Shown: positions 1-14,625 of the stretch, piece after piece | Numbering within the stretch: the first letter of the stretch is position 1 | Layout: the number at the start of each line of letters is the position of its first letter | Assembly (NCBI RefSeq): GCF_009834535.1 | Contig: NC_045696.1 | Coordinates: forward strand, 18,664,001-18,728,000 | Direction: 5' to 3' | Source: Camelus ferus | Lineage: Eukaryota | DNA length: 64,000 nucleotides | Program-made: the position numbers and the translations under genes | Notes under the pieces: generated by a model | The model's input: only the letters and a program-made list of their open reading frames with translations | Databases searched by the model: none | What the model was told of the DNA's origin: nothing

Positions 1-1179
1 ACATCTGCCAATAATTAGTTGGATTTGGAGAATGATTTGAGACAGGTGCCTAGACAGCTGTATATCTAAGTTACTAACATTAGAAACAAATACTTTTTAT
101 GAATATTACAATTAAATATTAATAAATGCCTGTCTGCAAAGCATTGTGGGTATTGTTTTTACTAATTTGCATTTTGTTGAGCCCATTTTGAGATACCATA
201 TTAACTGAAATGACTTAATCTGGGGTGAGAGTAGAAATCTGTAGCTATTTTACTATTAAGTAATTACTTAATAAGAAATTTTACTATTAAGTAATTACAA
301 ATAAGAAAACTATTAGATGCAGGTAAAACTATCAATGGAAACATAATCATTGGATAACCTACCGTTAGTAACTGTTTTCAGATCAATTTATCTAAAGTTT
401 AAAAGTAAAATCACAAAAACTAAAGTTTTTCTGGCCTTGCATAGAATACTTCTCAGCTAAAAAGTTGCTATCATGACCAAAACAGATTTACTTTCCTTAG
501 ACATGTCATCTTTTCCCATTTATCTTTCTCTTTAGGACATACTCATTCGCAACACAATCATTAATTCTCTGTTAAAAATATAAACACTGTTATTTTCCAT
601 AAAAACCCTTTAGAAGTTTGTATATCCATGCAGGTGTTTTGGTTTATAGAACTTGGCCCTAAGAACTCTCCAAATAATCATTTGGAGACATTAAAGCCTT
701 TGCCACTGTCGGTTCTAAATTATCATGGCTTTAAAGGTAGCAGGGCACTCCTTTGAAGGATGTTCAAGAGAGAACCTTGGATAGAATCTAGTCTCTAATC
801 ACCCTCTAGCCATGCAACCACCAGGAATACTGAGTATTTCTGATGCTTTGTGTATCAATCCTTCCAAAGGGTATTAAACTTCTTCCTTCAGGGGCCAGAT
901 GCAGATTAATTTTATTATAAAGTATGTTAGAGATAGTCAGGTGGATAGATCTTTTGAAAAAAAAAGTATAATTTTGACAATTTTGCATAGTATTTTAAAC
1001 ATTGTGAATTAAGGGAATATTTATAATTAATATATTTGTGAAAGTAAAGCTTTATGGAGCTCTATTTCTGGAAATAGAGGCAAGAAGTTAGGCAGTTCCC
1101 CTATACAGAAAACAAGTATAAAACTGGAGTGCATTATTTCAAACAATTATTTCACTACACTGGGTAATTGTAGAGAATT

Positions 1180-1860
1180 ACTTAGAAAAACTGCTACTGC
1201 TTATGATAAGTATGGCAAATTTGTCACCTATTTTTCCCATCTTCTCCCCCAGTTTGGTAAAAGCTTTACCAGCTAGGTTCACGTAGTTGTGGAGCATCTG
1301 GGCATTGAAAGAGTCAATTTTGGAATCGTGAGAGCAGTAGAGAGGTTGAAATAATGTCTGACTACCGGCAAGCTTTGCATGCTCCTGGAAAAGCCCAGAG
1401 CCTGGTGAAAAATGGAAGGCCTTGAGGGTACTTGTGAACTTGACCCAGCTTTGAATATGTATCTTAACTCATTCATAGTTGGAGAGGTGGGGGCCTGTAG
1501 CTTTGATGATTCAAGGTAGGTACATAATCATGGGCTAATAAAAGCACAGAGAATATAAAAAAGCACAGAGAAAATCTTTAGGGGGCCGGACAGCTAGATT
1601 AACAGAAGATAAAGACAGGCAGATAAACACAGAGACAGATAGATATACTGACAAACTGAGCAGAGAAATAAAAATCAGTGGTTGCTCACCATGCAGGACA
1701 AAGACTTTTACAGTCCCACAGTAGTTAATTATCTTCTAAAATAAAATTTAACCAAAAAAAAAAAAATCAGAAGAACAAAATAGAATCCAGAGTTGCTACA
1801 GACTAGTATGCGCTGTGCCAAATTTTTCAAATCAAATTATTGGACAGGAAAAAAAAAAGA
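1180..1860 (+). mobile_element. Ancient L1 (L1M-type) 5'UTR/pre-ORF1 remnant
   Basis: Contains 'aaaatagaatccagagttgctaca...aaatttttcaaatcaaattat', resembling the motif ahead of ORF1 in old L1M families; highly diverged. Confidence 0.4.
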
Positions 1861-2287
1861 TTTAAAAACTTGTGGGGGAATAAAAAGAAAAAAGTTAATT
1901 TTAAAAAGTTTTTAAAGATCTGTTTCTTTTGTTTTTATTAAAATGCCTATGACTTTTAAAGAAAGATTTATATGTACTGTATGTTACATCAAGAGTGTAA
2001 AAATTAATACGTGAAGCTGTACTAGTGAGAAGAGATATTTAAGAGAGTAGGTTAATATTAATTTGAAATAGGGTTTTATGGATATTGTGACATAATTGCC
2101 ATACTCTCCAAAGTGGGTATGGAAATAGCTTGAAATATTTCTGTTTGTGTAATAGAATATTCACACAAATCCCTAACTCCACTACAAATTTTATTTCTTA
2201 TCTAAGGAATTATTGGTACCTTCTGTATATATCCTACTTCCCTGAAATTTTGCTCACTCTTAAGTAATATCCCTTTTATTGTAAATT

Positions 2288-2652
2288 ATTTTAATAGTTT
2301 TATTGAGGTATAATTGAATATAGTGCACTGGGCACATTTAAAATTTATAATTTCAGGTATTTTTAGATGTCTATACATATGTAAAAACCATCACCAGAAT
2401 TAGAATGTCAGCATAGTGGACATGTCAATCACCTAGAAAAATTTTCATATCCCCTTGTAATCCAGATAACCACTGATATGATTTCTGCCACTATAGATCA
2501 GTTTGAATTTCATACAGTCTGTACAATTTTTATAGACTCTTTTACTCAGCATGAATATTTTGAGATTGATCCATGTTGTTGCATGCATCAGAATTTCATT
2601 TTTTATTTCTGAGGAATATATCTATTGTAGGAATATACCACCATTTGTTTAA
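2288..2652 (-). mobile_element. Old L1 (L1MC/L1ME-like) 3' end
   Basis: Typical antisense L1 3'UTR: 'ttttattgaggtataattga...gagattgatccatgttgttgcatgcatcag...aatataccaccatttgttta'. Confidence 0.8.
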
Positions 2653-5600
2653 AGGGGGATTTTTGAGATGATCCTGAATAACTTAACTAGATATAAAATT
2701 GTTCCTTTTAAGTATCCACAAAGTCTTTCATTTTATTTATCCTAACAATTAAATACCACAAAATGTCAATGTGGATGTTTAGTTGAATTAACCAAAGATT
2801 TGCATAAACAGGTTGATTCTGAAATGTTTAGACAAATTAATATTGCCAAGGATCTGTTACTTAGCTACTACGTAAAAAGAATAATTTTTGTCAGAAGATT
2901 TTTAATTCATGAACATGCTATTTCAGCAGTTACATGTGCTCTTGCATAGGGAGTGTTATTTCTAAAACACCTATTTATACAATCAAATTGGCCAGTAGAG
3001 ATCGTGAAATCCAAAATTTGAAGGGAAACACATCTCACAAGTCAGAAGTATTTCAAATAAAAGCAAAGTTAAGGTACTAGCAAAATGTTAACTTTCGATC
3101 ATTAAACTGGTTGGAATAATTATGAAGTAGACTCACTAATTGTGTATAATAATTCCACTGAGGTCTGAGGAGGGGAAATTAGTTTTGTTCAGTTAATTTA
3201 AAAGCATTTGTGAGCCATCTTTAAAAAAAAAGTTTTATTTCTTATTCCACTAATAGGAAAAGGAAAATAGAAATAATTTTAGGTGATTCCCCATAAAGAA
3301 AGAGGGTGACTGACCAAGGAAAGGAGAAGAGATGGCAGATTGAGGAACAGTCTCATTCCGGAATGTTCAGTTACTGTGCAGTTAAAATTCACAATATTCC
3401 TTTTTTTCTTTATCTCCAAATGTTTTACCAGATTTTCTTATACTAATATTAAATATACTTTTCCTTTTTCCTATCCATTTTCTTGAAGAATGAATCATAG
3501 GCTATAGCAGTACCAATATATCCTACATACACAATGCTATGTTGTCACATACCTGGTAGAATTACAAAGATATTAAAAGGTGAACTTTCCTCAATTTTTA
3601 AATCATGTAATATATGTTTAAATTTGTCTTTTGTTTTATGACTTGTATGTATTTGATTAAAAATATCAGTAAATTCTAATTTACTCCATGGATGAAATGA
3701 TGAATTTTATATAAATAGTATAAACATTGATTCTAAATTGATACCTTTGAGAAGAAAAAAAATTTACAGATTATATTACTATTCTTAAAAAATTCTTTTT
3801 TAATAATAAAATAATTATATATGATCTTGTTCTATATGATTGATTATTTAATCCTATATTACATTTTAAGAAACATTTTAAACCTATTCTTTGATGCATA
3901 GGAATTGGAAATAGCAGATTTTGTACTGATATTTAAATATCTCTATTGTGAAAAGGGTAGTATTTATGATTAGCATGAACATTAATCAGTTAGTTGTCAA
4001 TAATTTCCTCAAGGTGTAAATCTCTACTTCAAGTTCATAAATAAAACATGTCTAAAAGTACTGGGTGGCTATCATAATGGTGGCTTTATCATGGTTACAG
4101 AGAAGTATGTAGAACTATGTCAAAATTTATACCACTATTAAATTTTCTAAACTTGATCTGCAAAAAAAGGAAGCTTATCTATTTTTATAATCTGACAATA
4201 ATACTCACATTCAAAAATATGAAACAAAATTCACTTCAGTCAATATTCAGAGCAAATACACTCTCAGGAGTATTTGAACAGTGCCCAAGTGGCCCTTTTT
4301 AGTGGAATTGGCACATGTAGAAACTGGCTCTTCCCTGATTTTAAGTGTGTCCTATATTTCCTTTTATCTCAGTAAAGATTTTTAAGTATTAACTGTTCCT
4401 ACAGTAGCTTTGATGAAATACTTCTTAGTGATTCTCAGTAGATTAGCAAAGAAAGATAAATATATGTGACTGTCCGACTTCCAACTTACTTTAGGCAGAA
4501 GCAAATCCAAATGTAAACCAAATTCTGACAAAACCAAGAGTTTTTAAATAACTCAATCCATTCTTAGTGTTCCCACAGGGATCTGCCCTCTTCACCAAAT
4601 CACTCCTAATCTGTTTGAAAACCACCCAACCTTTAGTTCCTGGCTGCTATGTTTCATTGCCAGAGACAGCTGTAGAGTAAATCAAGCATCAAATAGACTG
4701 TAATTCACCACCCTTTACACTGGTGTGCTTTTTACTGCAAGGTTATATAGATGTCATGGAATTACTTGATTAGCATTCTTTTAGGGTGAGCAATACTTCA
4801 GTGCAAACCCATGAAGCTGAACTGAATCAATAAAGTTTGGTTGACATAAAAATGAACTTTATTGAACCCTATAGAATAGTGCCTACGACATACTGCAGAA
4901 AAGGAGAGAAATGGAAAATAATATTGTTCTTATTTTGTCTTTCACTGTGAGTAATCTTATTTCAAGTTTGAATTTGTCATACCTTTTTTTCTGTTGTTGT
5001 TGCAAAAGATTACTCTTACCAGCTCTGGCATAGACTCTTAAGAGGTAGAGATGTTTATATACCTGCAATGTTTGTGGAATATTTGATGATCAGAACTCCT
5101 GGAGATTAGGAAAGCCAGAGAGTGGCAGCATCATTTAGAACAAGAGACTCCAATTCATATATATATAAAATATAATCTCATATGCTTACTTTTCTTTGTA
5201 TATTTACTCTATCACTGTCATTTCCAACATAAGTTATGGTCTGATGGGCCTCAATGCTCCCAATTTTAAGTATTAGAAATTCCAACAGAGAACATTAGGC
5301 AATTTCAGCTTCAGTTTAGGGGTTTCCAGGGAAAGACTCCCACACCTTTCTGTGATCAACTATGTGCAATAAACAGGAAGTTAAATAAGAAATTAACACA
5401 TCGTATGCAAAATACATTTAGAGCAGGAAGAAAGCACAATACCACAGTGAGAAAGAGCGCTGTTCCTCCAGAAAAGCACTATAGGGTAGATACATGAAAA
5501 AGCATTTCTTCTGCAAGGGAAAAGAACTTCCACTACAGACCCTGGAGCTACTCTGAGTCCACAGCTCAAATGCACAGTACTTGTTAACTCTTTCTAGTAA

Positions 5601-6159
5601 CACTTTTAATTCTTTTCCGTCAAATTTTTCTTTTCCATTCTCCTCAGAGTATAAAGTTTAAATCTTTTCTTCTATGCATTCCATTTTTTCCAATCTGTTT
5701 GGAGTTTTATTTGCATCCCCCTTTATAGAAAATGAGGAAATAAGGTAGAATAGTGTTAATCAAAAGCATAATTACCATTTGCCACGTGTTGTTTTTCTCC
5801 TTCCAACACACCTCCCAACGTTAACCTGGTCCTTTTCAATACAGAGACTGAGAAGTTAATTTTCTTGAACCAAAGGGAGCAATAAAATAGACTGCACATA
5901 GTTGAAGTTACCTTTAATAATTCTACAACTGGTAAGACCACTCTGAGAATCTTCCCCTCCCGACATAAACAGCTATATTTCATCTATCATTATCAGCCTC
6001 ACTTTTTGTTATGGTGGTTTAGTCCATGTATTTCTTTAGGTACTTGTATTCTTCACTTTAGATTCACGTAGGGGTGTGGGTAGATAGGGGTGTATGCGGC
6101 ATGGTTTGTCTGAATCTCTTCTGCTATTTCTAATAATAAAATCTTTAGTAATTGAGTCT

Positions 6160-6310
6160 TGAGCCTCTTAAGATATGGTTTGAGAACCAGCAGTATAACT
6201 ATCACCTGGGAGCTTATTAGAAATGGAAACTATCAGGTTCTACTCTATACCGATAAAGTCAGATTTTCATAAAATCCATATGTGAGTTGAAGGCACATTA
6301 ACTTTGGGGC
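6160..6310. mobile_element. MER5A-like hAT-Charlie MITE
   Basis: 'accagcagtataactatcacctgggagcttattagaaatg' matches the MER5A core. Confidence 0.75.
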
Positions 6311-6369
6311 TGAGGGAGCAGAAATGTCGACGCTGTTCCTCTCTATTCCCTCCCCCCTCAAATAAAAAA

Positions 6370-7115
6370 CGTTATCAACAGTTAACAGAGCCTACATTCT
6401 GAATATCTTTCTTATGTGATCCTTTGTCTATCTTCCAATACTTTATCCTTCCTTCAAATCTTCAAAACTTAACCTGGATAATTATAGGAGGCCTCTAAAT
6501 TTTCTGCTGATGATAATCTGAACTCCCCAAATCATTTCACCCCATTAATTCCAGAGTGATAACTCGAAATATTATCATTAATGGATTGATGGATTACATT
6601 GTGCAAGTACAATCTGTCATAATTAGAAATTATATTTTTCAATAACTTTCAGATGAAATGATTAAATGACTTATTTGTGGGCACATCCTTCATTATCTGA
6701 CCCCTTTCCTAACTTTTAAAACACATGCCTTGAGATACCTCAGTGCTGCAATTTCCAGGTTTCAGGTTACTTCATCCTTCTGTGAATCTGCTTCTGCTAA
6801 TCCCATTAAATGACAGTCTGTATTTCTCAGACGCTTTTCACCTCACTAATGTTCTCTACGTCTTCAGGGATTTAATTCTAGTGTCACCTTAGCAATGATC
6901 TTAGTAAACTTGATACACCATTCCTCAGGGTAGCAATAGCAAGTCATTATAATTGCTGAAGGGAAATATATGCTTATTATCCTTCACCTAGGACGTTCAG
7001 ATTTATCTAGAACAGGAGGTAGTTGCGTAGTTGTCTTTTTCATCCTGTCGTATCATAAATTGAGCTTATCACAAAGTCAGTGGATGCATTACAGAAAATG
7101 GATGCATGAGTGAGA
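6370..7115 (+). mobile_element. L2 3' fragment, degenerate
   Basis: Pyrimidine-rich L2-like blocks ('acctggataattataggaggcctctaaat') ending in a degenerate 'atggatgcatgagtga' tail. Confidence 0.55.
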
Positions 7116-7199
7116 ACATGCTTTCTATAATAACTCAGTGCTTGGGAGGCTGATCAGGTGGGATTCTAGTCAGGTATGACTAGGTTTGCTTAAACTGGC

Positions 7200-7440
7200 T
7201 TTTGTGATCCCTATCTCTTGGTATTCACACACCTGTTTAATCTCCTCCTGTTGAGGTGCATTGGGTCAGCTGTCTTAGTGACTTGATTCTAAGCAGTAAA
7301 ATACGGCAAGAGGGAAGAGCTATCACCTCTGTGATTGAGTTACATAAGATTGTGGTTCCTGTCTTTCTAATAGATTCTCTGTTGCTTTCCCAGCTACCAC
7401 AGTCTGATAAAGCAACCTGTCATGTAACATGGGAGCTACC
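7200..7440 (+). mobile_element. MaLR LTR 5' part (MLT1F-like)
   Basis: 'gtgatccctatctcttggtattcacacacctgtttaatctcctcc...agtgacttgattctaagcagtaaaatacggcaaga' matches the MLT1F/G start. Confidence 0.7.
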
Positions 7441-7810
7441 AATTTAACTAATCATTTATTTTCTCTTTTATTCTTAAAGCTAGCTAATAACCACAATAAA
7501 AAAGTCTAATTACAAAAATGATCATGTTAAAAATATTTTTTAAATGTTGTCACCAAGTATAGAAATCCATACAACATAATGAAGGTCTCCCTTCAGTTTA
7601 ATATTAACTGTCATGTCTTGTTGAACCAAACATCATACTAGTCTACACTACTATCCACTAGTTAGAGTTTCTTCATCTTATTCTCCAGGATAGAAAGAAA
7701 AACCTTCAGATGTGCTGAAAGACAAACACATAAGTACTCTATAGTCTCTTTATTTTTTAGAGTAAAATCTAGATTATAAAAACAATGAATAACTGTTAGC
7801 CACAGTAGAA

Positions 7811-8231
7811 TGTGTTGAGGTACTCTGGAGAAACACAACCAGTAAGGTATGTATATAGATAAATGAGAAGAGATTTACTATGGTAATTGGTTTATGTCCC
7901 ACAGTCTGCTATCTGTAAGATGGAGACCCAGGAATTCAGTTTGAATCTGCTGGCCTGAGAAACAAGGGGGAGCTGATGCTGGAACTCCTAATCCAGGGCT
8001 AAAGGCTGAGAACTAAGAATGGGGGAAGGGGGACTGTATATCCCAGTTTAAGAGAGAGAGAATTTACCCTTTCTCCACCTTTTTATTCTATTTTGGACCC
8101 TCAGCAATTAGATAACGGCTGCTCAGGATGGATAGGGTGGATCTTCTGTAGTGTAATGATTCAAATGCTAATCTCTTCCTGAAACAGCCTCACAGACACC
8201 CATCAACTTGACACACAAAATCAACCACCAC
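7811..8231 (-). mobile_element. ERVL solo LTR (MLT2B-like)
   Basis: Runs from 'tgtgttgaggtactctggagaaacacaacc' to 'tgattcaaatgctaatctc...cttgacacacaaaatcaaccaccac', the antisense MLT2B consensus with internal deletions. Confidence 0.85.
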
Positions 8232-11154
8232 TTTGGATCTTAACACATTTATCACAGTTTCTGGTAATTGCCACTTATATTTCTAAGTTGTTTTTTAATA
8301 AGACATGATGCTGATAAGTAAATACTTAGCCTCATAATTGATAATTTAAAAAAAATTTTCTGAAAATGAGACACCATGTTAGCATTCATCTTTTGAATAA
8401 TTGTGTAAGTCTCTCTCTTTTAAGTTAGAATGTCTGGCTAAATTCTCATTAATTTTCTGCTCATATATCTTGACCTATTGCCATTAACTTGTTATTATTA
8501 CTATACAAAGTTCAAGGAGAATGTACATTTCTTTGAAGATTATTTACAATGATTCTAAAAGTATGGTAAAGCCAAAATACAAAGGTAGGTTATAATATAT
8601 TAAACATATTACAACCCACTATAATTATCACTAGGGATCTAATTTGCTATTGAATACATTAATTTAAAATCACATTTAAACAGATTGGAAGACATTCATT
8701 TCCATACTTCTTTACTTGGCCAGGAGTTTAATATGTTTCCTGCCAAATATAACATTCATTTATTTTTATACACTAGATAGAAAACTGAGCTTTTGAGAGA
8801 AATACTGAAATCTATGCTTATTAATTAGAGAATTTGTCCAATTATTAATCTCTGCATTACTGAAAGTTCAGCTAGTGTGACTGATAATGTTCCTTAGATC
8901 CTCATTTTATGAAGGAATGAATTACCTTGTTCTGGTACTGAGAAACCATGTGCTATTCTAAAAATTAAAAAAAAAAAAGTACCTGAAATCTACTGTACTT
9001 GCTGTCTCTGTGGTTGCATTTCAGAAGTCCAATTTGTTCTCTCTGCATAAAGTAATTAATAAAGTAAACAAATCTCAGAACTCATCAGCAGGTAACATAA
9101 GGTAGTTATAATAATATTGAAAGGATAATTACATAAACATTCACTAAAAGAATAGAAATAGTTGTTCAAGCAACCCAGAAACTTGGCAAATATTTATCTT
9201 AATTCACTGTGAATTGAATACTCAAAATTAAACATAGACATGTTTATGCATATATCTTAAGAGACGTAGTCCATAAGCTTAAAGTAAACAAATGTTAACA
9301 AATAAAAAAAGGCAAATAAGAGAAAAAAATTTAAACTTGTGGAAGATTTTTTGAATCTTAAATATAGAAGTAGAGATGCACTCTAATGTTTGAATATGCT
9401 ATAAAGGGCATTTTCACTTAAACTAATTTTCAAAATTTAAAATGATTATTGAAATTTATAGCAACATTGGATTGTCTCCATGTTTAAAAGTAGGCAAATT
9501 TATGCTTAGTTTGTAATATCAAGCATGAATATTTTATTGCGTAAGATTTTGATTACTTGTGACATTATCAAACATGTTCTAAACATGTTTGATTTTGCAC
9601 ACATGTCACATTTCCAAATTATAATTTAAAATAAGGAAGAAAAGTAAATGACTGAAATCACATACTTAATAAAGCACATTTGAAAATAAAACAACCATAT
9701 GGCAAATTATGTATACTTTATATAAAACCTTCAAATTACTGTCTGTTTTCAACATTTATGTTTTGAAAATTAAAATCTGATTCCATTTCTATAGAACATA
9801 CAAATAATGGTATAGGCCTTTAATTCATGTAATATGAAAGAGGCAGTATTTTTGTATCTGTCTCCTTTCCTACTTTTCTAGACTCCAATTCAGAATCTGC
9901 ATGAAGAAATTACATGTTTTCATAGTATAGGGATCTCAATAAATACCTTATATCGTAATAGTTATTGTTACTACTGTCAGTCTAAATATGTTAGCCTTGC
10001 TATAGTTAAGGTTTTTTCATAATGTGACATTTTGTCATACATATAAACAGAGATAAATGACATAGAATGAAAATTATGTGCTGAGAATCTGGAATTAGCA
10101 AATCATCTGGAAATTGAAGCAAATCGTCTGGAAATGGAATCAATTTTGCAGTTGTTAGATATCTGGGTACCATATGTATTGCCCACAAAGAAGAGGTGCT
10201 TCTTAAGCTCAACCAAACCTTCAGGTTCGCAGGACCATACAAGGTTATATTTGGCAGAAGTCTACCCAGAGGGATGTAGGAACCTCGGCTTAACAGCAGG
10301 GCCACAGTGGGTGTTCCTGTCAGTGGGAGTCTTGCAGCAGTTTTTATAAACACATAAAGCCCTGGTGAGCTCTCTACCCAGGTAACAGCTCAGGTGTAAA
10401 GGAGACAAAATAAACAACCTATAGGTATGGAAACCACCCTTGATTAAAAGTTTACTTTCCACAGGAGCCATCATCTTTTGTACCAGCTCCACAGAAAGAC
10501 ATTTCATGGAACTTACAAGGTACATGCTATACTATGAAAGTCTCCAAACTCAGGAGAACCACACAGCAGGGCTTCCTATCAGGTATTGTCCCCCAGTTTT
10601 AGTCAGCCTTCAATTAAGGGATCATTTTACTGTAAGCAGTGTTGCTTAGTTACTTAGCTGACAAACAGCATCCTTCTTTCTAGGGAAATAAAGCTAGGGA
10701 ATCTAACTGAAGATAAAATTGTGTTGCAGAAGAGAAACAGTTTTGTTCACCCTTTGCCAACACCATTAAAATGTAGACACAAAATCCTACTGACTCTCAA
10801 CTGTTGATTATCTTGATGCATAAAAAGAGCAAAATTGGAAGGTTATTAACAGAGTAATCAAGGGCTGAGGCTTATGTAACACATATTTATATAGGGTTTC
10901 CTCTTAAAATCAAGCAGTACTTCAGTAAAATTAAAAAGAAAAATCAGGCAGTAGATAGAGTTCCCCCTGATTCTGTGATGACATAAGACAAATATATGTT
11001 TAGTTAGATTGGATTCATATATATTATACTGTAGCCTTAAAAATCCCTTTCAACAAGAGTTGTTTTCATTGACATGAAAACTGAAGAAAGAGATAATTGA
11101 AGATGGAAAGTTATGCTCTCCGTGGAGCGCCTGCTTAAAATTCAGTATTGGAAA

Positions 11155-11350
11155 TCTGGCATTAGTGACCTTAGTGAGAGCTACTTCAGTGGCACATTGC
11201 AAGTGGAATGAGATTGCAGTGGGCTGAGGTGTGAATGGGAACTGAGGTAGTAGATATTACGACTACAGATACGTGAAGGTGATAAACAATAAAGCATAGT
11301 AAGCTTAAATTCAGTGTTTTTCAAGGGATGAAATCTTGAGTCTTTAAAAA
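11155..11350 (-). mobile_element. L2 fragment
   Basis: 'attagtgaccttagtgagagctacttcagtgg...agattgcagtgggctgaggtgtgaatggga' is an antisense L2 motif. Confidence 0.6.
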
Positions 11351-11994
11351 AAAAATGTTGGGAGGAATATCAATTAAAACAATGTTCAATATAAAGATGA
11401 CCTCTTAATGAAATGAATTGTACTTGAAAATTTTGTAGATTTTTATAAATCCTCAATTTCAAAATTAGCTATAAGGCGTTGTATAGGTGTTGAGCAAAGA
11501 GCACAGATTTGGTAGAGAATGCTTTGTGAGTAGTAAAAAAATTCATTTATCATTTACCTCATGTATAAATAAAATCCTCTGAGAAATAAATTTTGATTGG
11601 TTCTTAGCAATATTAAGAAGACTAGAGATTTATAGATTTCGAATCTCAAGAAATAGACAAATGAGTATGAAAAGATAAATACAGTAAAAAGTAATGGCAA
11701 AACAATCAAATTATGGATATACATGCAGGTAGTCTTTTGTGGAAAATTGTAACTAATGGTACATGTATTTTTATATTTTATCTAGCTAATGCTGTTGAAA
11801 TGAATTTTAAGTACATTCACCTTGGCTGTAAATAATCACCAGACTTTGCAAATTTTATTCATATATAGTATAATAAGCATTGTTTAGTATTAGAATTCTA
11901 ATTTGATACACATTTCTCTGAAATCATAGAGGAAAGTCTCGTTTTCAAAAAATTAATATTTAAGGCATTGAGTATTTTATAAAGTGATGAAATC

Positions 11995-12115
11995 AATAGG
12001 TGGTGGAGGAGGATGTGTATGTGTGAGGAAGGGAGTTTATGAGAACTCTGAACTTTCTGCTCAGTTACTCTGTGAACCTCAAACTGCTCTAAAAAACCAA
12101 AATTTATTTAAAAAA
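11995..12115 (+). mobile_element. Old L1 extreme 3' end
   Basis: 'atgagaactctgaactttctgctcagttactctgtgaacctcaaactgctctaaaaaa' followed by an A-rich tail. Confidence 0.8.
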
Positions 12116-14477
12116 TCAATAGTATATAATGTCAACATGGTCTCATAGTGAAAAATGCAAATGCTGTTAAAGGACTTATAAAAGTAAGTTGAATAATTTT
12201 CCATATTTGTAGACATTCCTGAGTATCAAGTAAACCAAGGTGTCAGAAGAAATACTTGACAAATAACACAAAGTGTAAAATTGAAACAGTAACTCATGTG
12301 TATTTTTAAGAATGCTTCTGTGTGTATCATATGTTCAATATTTATACTTACTTTTATATATTCTAATATCATACACAATTTTTGAATAGACATTAAGAAA
12401 TACATTAAAAGATTATACATGTGTAACTTTTTATTGATGTTTTAGGAAGTCTTTGCACAAAAGCAATCCGTTTAAAATTACTCTGTATGACTTTGAAGAG
12501 ATCAAACACTTAACCTAGATTAGAAAATCAAATCATGGATAAATGAAAAAGCATAGTGGGTGTCAACTTAAGAAATACCTCATCTTGGAAGTCTCGTCTG
12601 AATTCTCGTCTGAATTCTCTAGGCAAACTTAATTAAATGAATCCCTGTTGATCCTTTTGGTTTGTCCCTATAGATCCTTCCCTTGCTATTTCTGTTAGAG
12701 AATTTGTCCTCTGAAATGCACATAGTCTAATGTTCTCATTACTGTCATACACCTAGCCCATTCCCTAGTATATGAAATATATTTAGTAATTAAATACTTT
12801 GAAAGAATAAATGTAAGACTGATGACAAAAATCTGATTCAGAAAATGTGGGGTTTTTTGGTGGTGGTGATGGTGGTGCCAGGTTAACATAATTAGACCTG
12901 CTTATTTTAGTTTCCAAGGAAATGATGATAACGAAATTATAGTCATGATTTTGGTTCTAATTGGCTTCATTCAATGGAAAATAAACATAAAATTAACAAT
13001 GAAAAAAATACCTAATTTCAGTGGCTACTCTTCCTAGATAAAAAATGAGCATACTTTGATATAAATGTAAAAATTAAAATATGCAAATTATAAACTATAA
13101 ATTATTTTATACCGTATTTTCATTGTTCAAATTTGCTTTCATTAAGTTTATGGGTTTTGTTTTATTAAATATTCTCTGTTTTACTCAAGTTCATCTTAGT
13201 TGCATTTCCTATCTAGAAGCAGAATATAATAGGATGGCTTTTATCCTCAATAATCACTTTTATTTGAACCAACCCAATCCATATAATAGATTAAATACTA
13301 GAATACTAGTGTCTGTTTGAAGGAGAAACAGTTTGTAAAAATGTAGTTACAATAGGATACAGAATCTGTCATAATTTTCTATATCCCCTATATTCAGCTT
13401 ATTTCAGTGGCACCTCATTCTAATACGTGTAGTCGAAAGATCTTTAAAATGTGCTTATTTTTGAAATGTTTTAATTATTTTGATAGGAAAATATTATTTG
13501 AACACATAATTTGTGTTACAACATATAAACAATTACCCTGGCCAACTTTGGTTGATGAACAAAAGAGCAGGAATAAAGTGAAAGTTTCTGTGAATTTATT
13601 TTAGGTTTATTAGGAATAGTGTTAGGAAAAAAATTTGGTACACTGAAGAATGGAAAACTATAAATGATGTGATTTATTTCAAAATTATTAAATCTTATGC
13701 TCCATATATTATATCATTAGCTTGGTTTCTGCTTCAGAATCCACAATATTTTGAACAGAAATGATTAAAGACATTATTAGTGAATCTACAAAGAACAGGG
13801 CACACAGGGCTTAAACATTACCCTATCATCTGGGCTACAAATGTTCGGCATCATTATGTTTCCACAATAGCAATTTACTATAACATTGAAAAGTAAGTAA
13901 TCAATATAGGCAGGTAGTGCTTGTTACAGTTACAGAAAAGAGAACAGCCTCTTCTGTTCCAACCTTTGCAAAATCAGTAACAGTCCTCTCTACATGGCAG
14001 CCTGTTAGTCTATTTCAGATGTCAGCGAAATACATGAGCTATAATCATCAAGCAAAAAATTCTTCCAGCGTTCCCCTAACTTTTTGCAAAATGTGATTTG
14101 ACTTGTAACTCAATGAAAAATAAAAATAAGATGCATGTTTCTTGAGAAATACCACTAGAGATCAGGATTGTAAGAGTGTTAAAATTGGGAATATGTACAG
14201 GTGCTTAAACTAATGCTGGAAGTGTTGTATGTGTATGTTACAGGTGCAAACACAGGCAATATATTATCAAGCCTTAAATATTTATTGTCTAATGCGAAAT
14301 ACTCAAGTTTTCACTCGGCTATATTTTCCAGAGAATAGAGTTGGTTTTCAATTTGGAAAATTTCAACTGGATAGCTGTATCACTTACATTGAAAAATACC
14401 GCTGTATGGCATGATAAATAATGGGTCTAAAAGCCACGACCTTAAAGCATAGAATATGTGACTTTTATTTGAAAAGA

Positions 14478-14625
14478 TCTTGGAAATTATCAGACACGTT
14501 ATCTTCATTGTACAGATGAAAAACCTAAGACCCTGAAAATCTAAGCAGTAGGGGAAGATGCGTATGAAGTTTGTCTCTTGTCTGGACTGGAAGCTCAGTC
14601 TGTTGAGTCTGTTTATTTCTTGTGT
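14478..14625 (-). mobile_element. MIR fragment
   Basis: MIR core 'cttcattgtacagatgaaaaacctaagaccc'. Confidence 0.55.

Noticed and set aside
5020..5062. Possible 43-nt minus-strand exon (ttgcag|...CTG|gtaaga)
   Set aside because: The polypyrimidine tract is weak, and such site pairs are expected by chance.
12592..12619. 12-bp tandem duplication (tctcgtctgaat x2) and similar micro-duplications near 1540, 25060, 26107, 42687 and 57151
   Set aside because: These are ordinary slippage events, with no spacer structure or CRISPR-like array.
12695..12889. His6-containing ORF
   Set aside because: It comes from a (TGG)n simple repeat and is not a vector tag.
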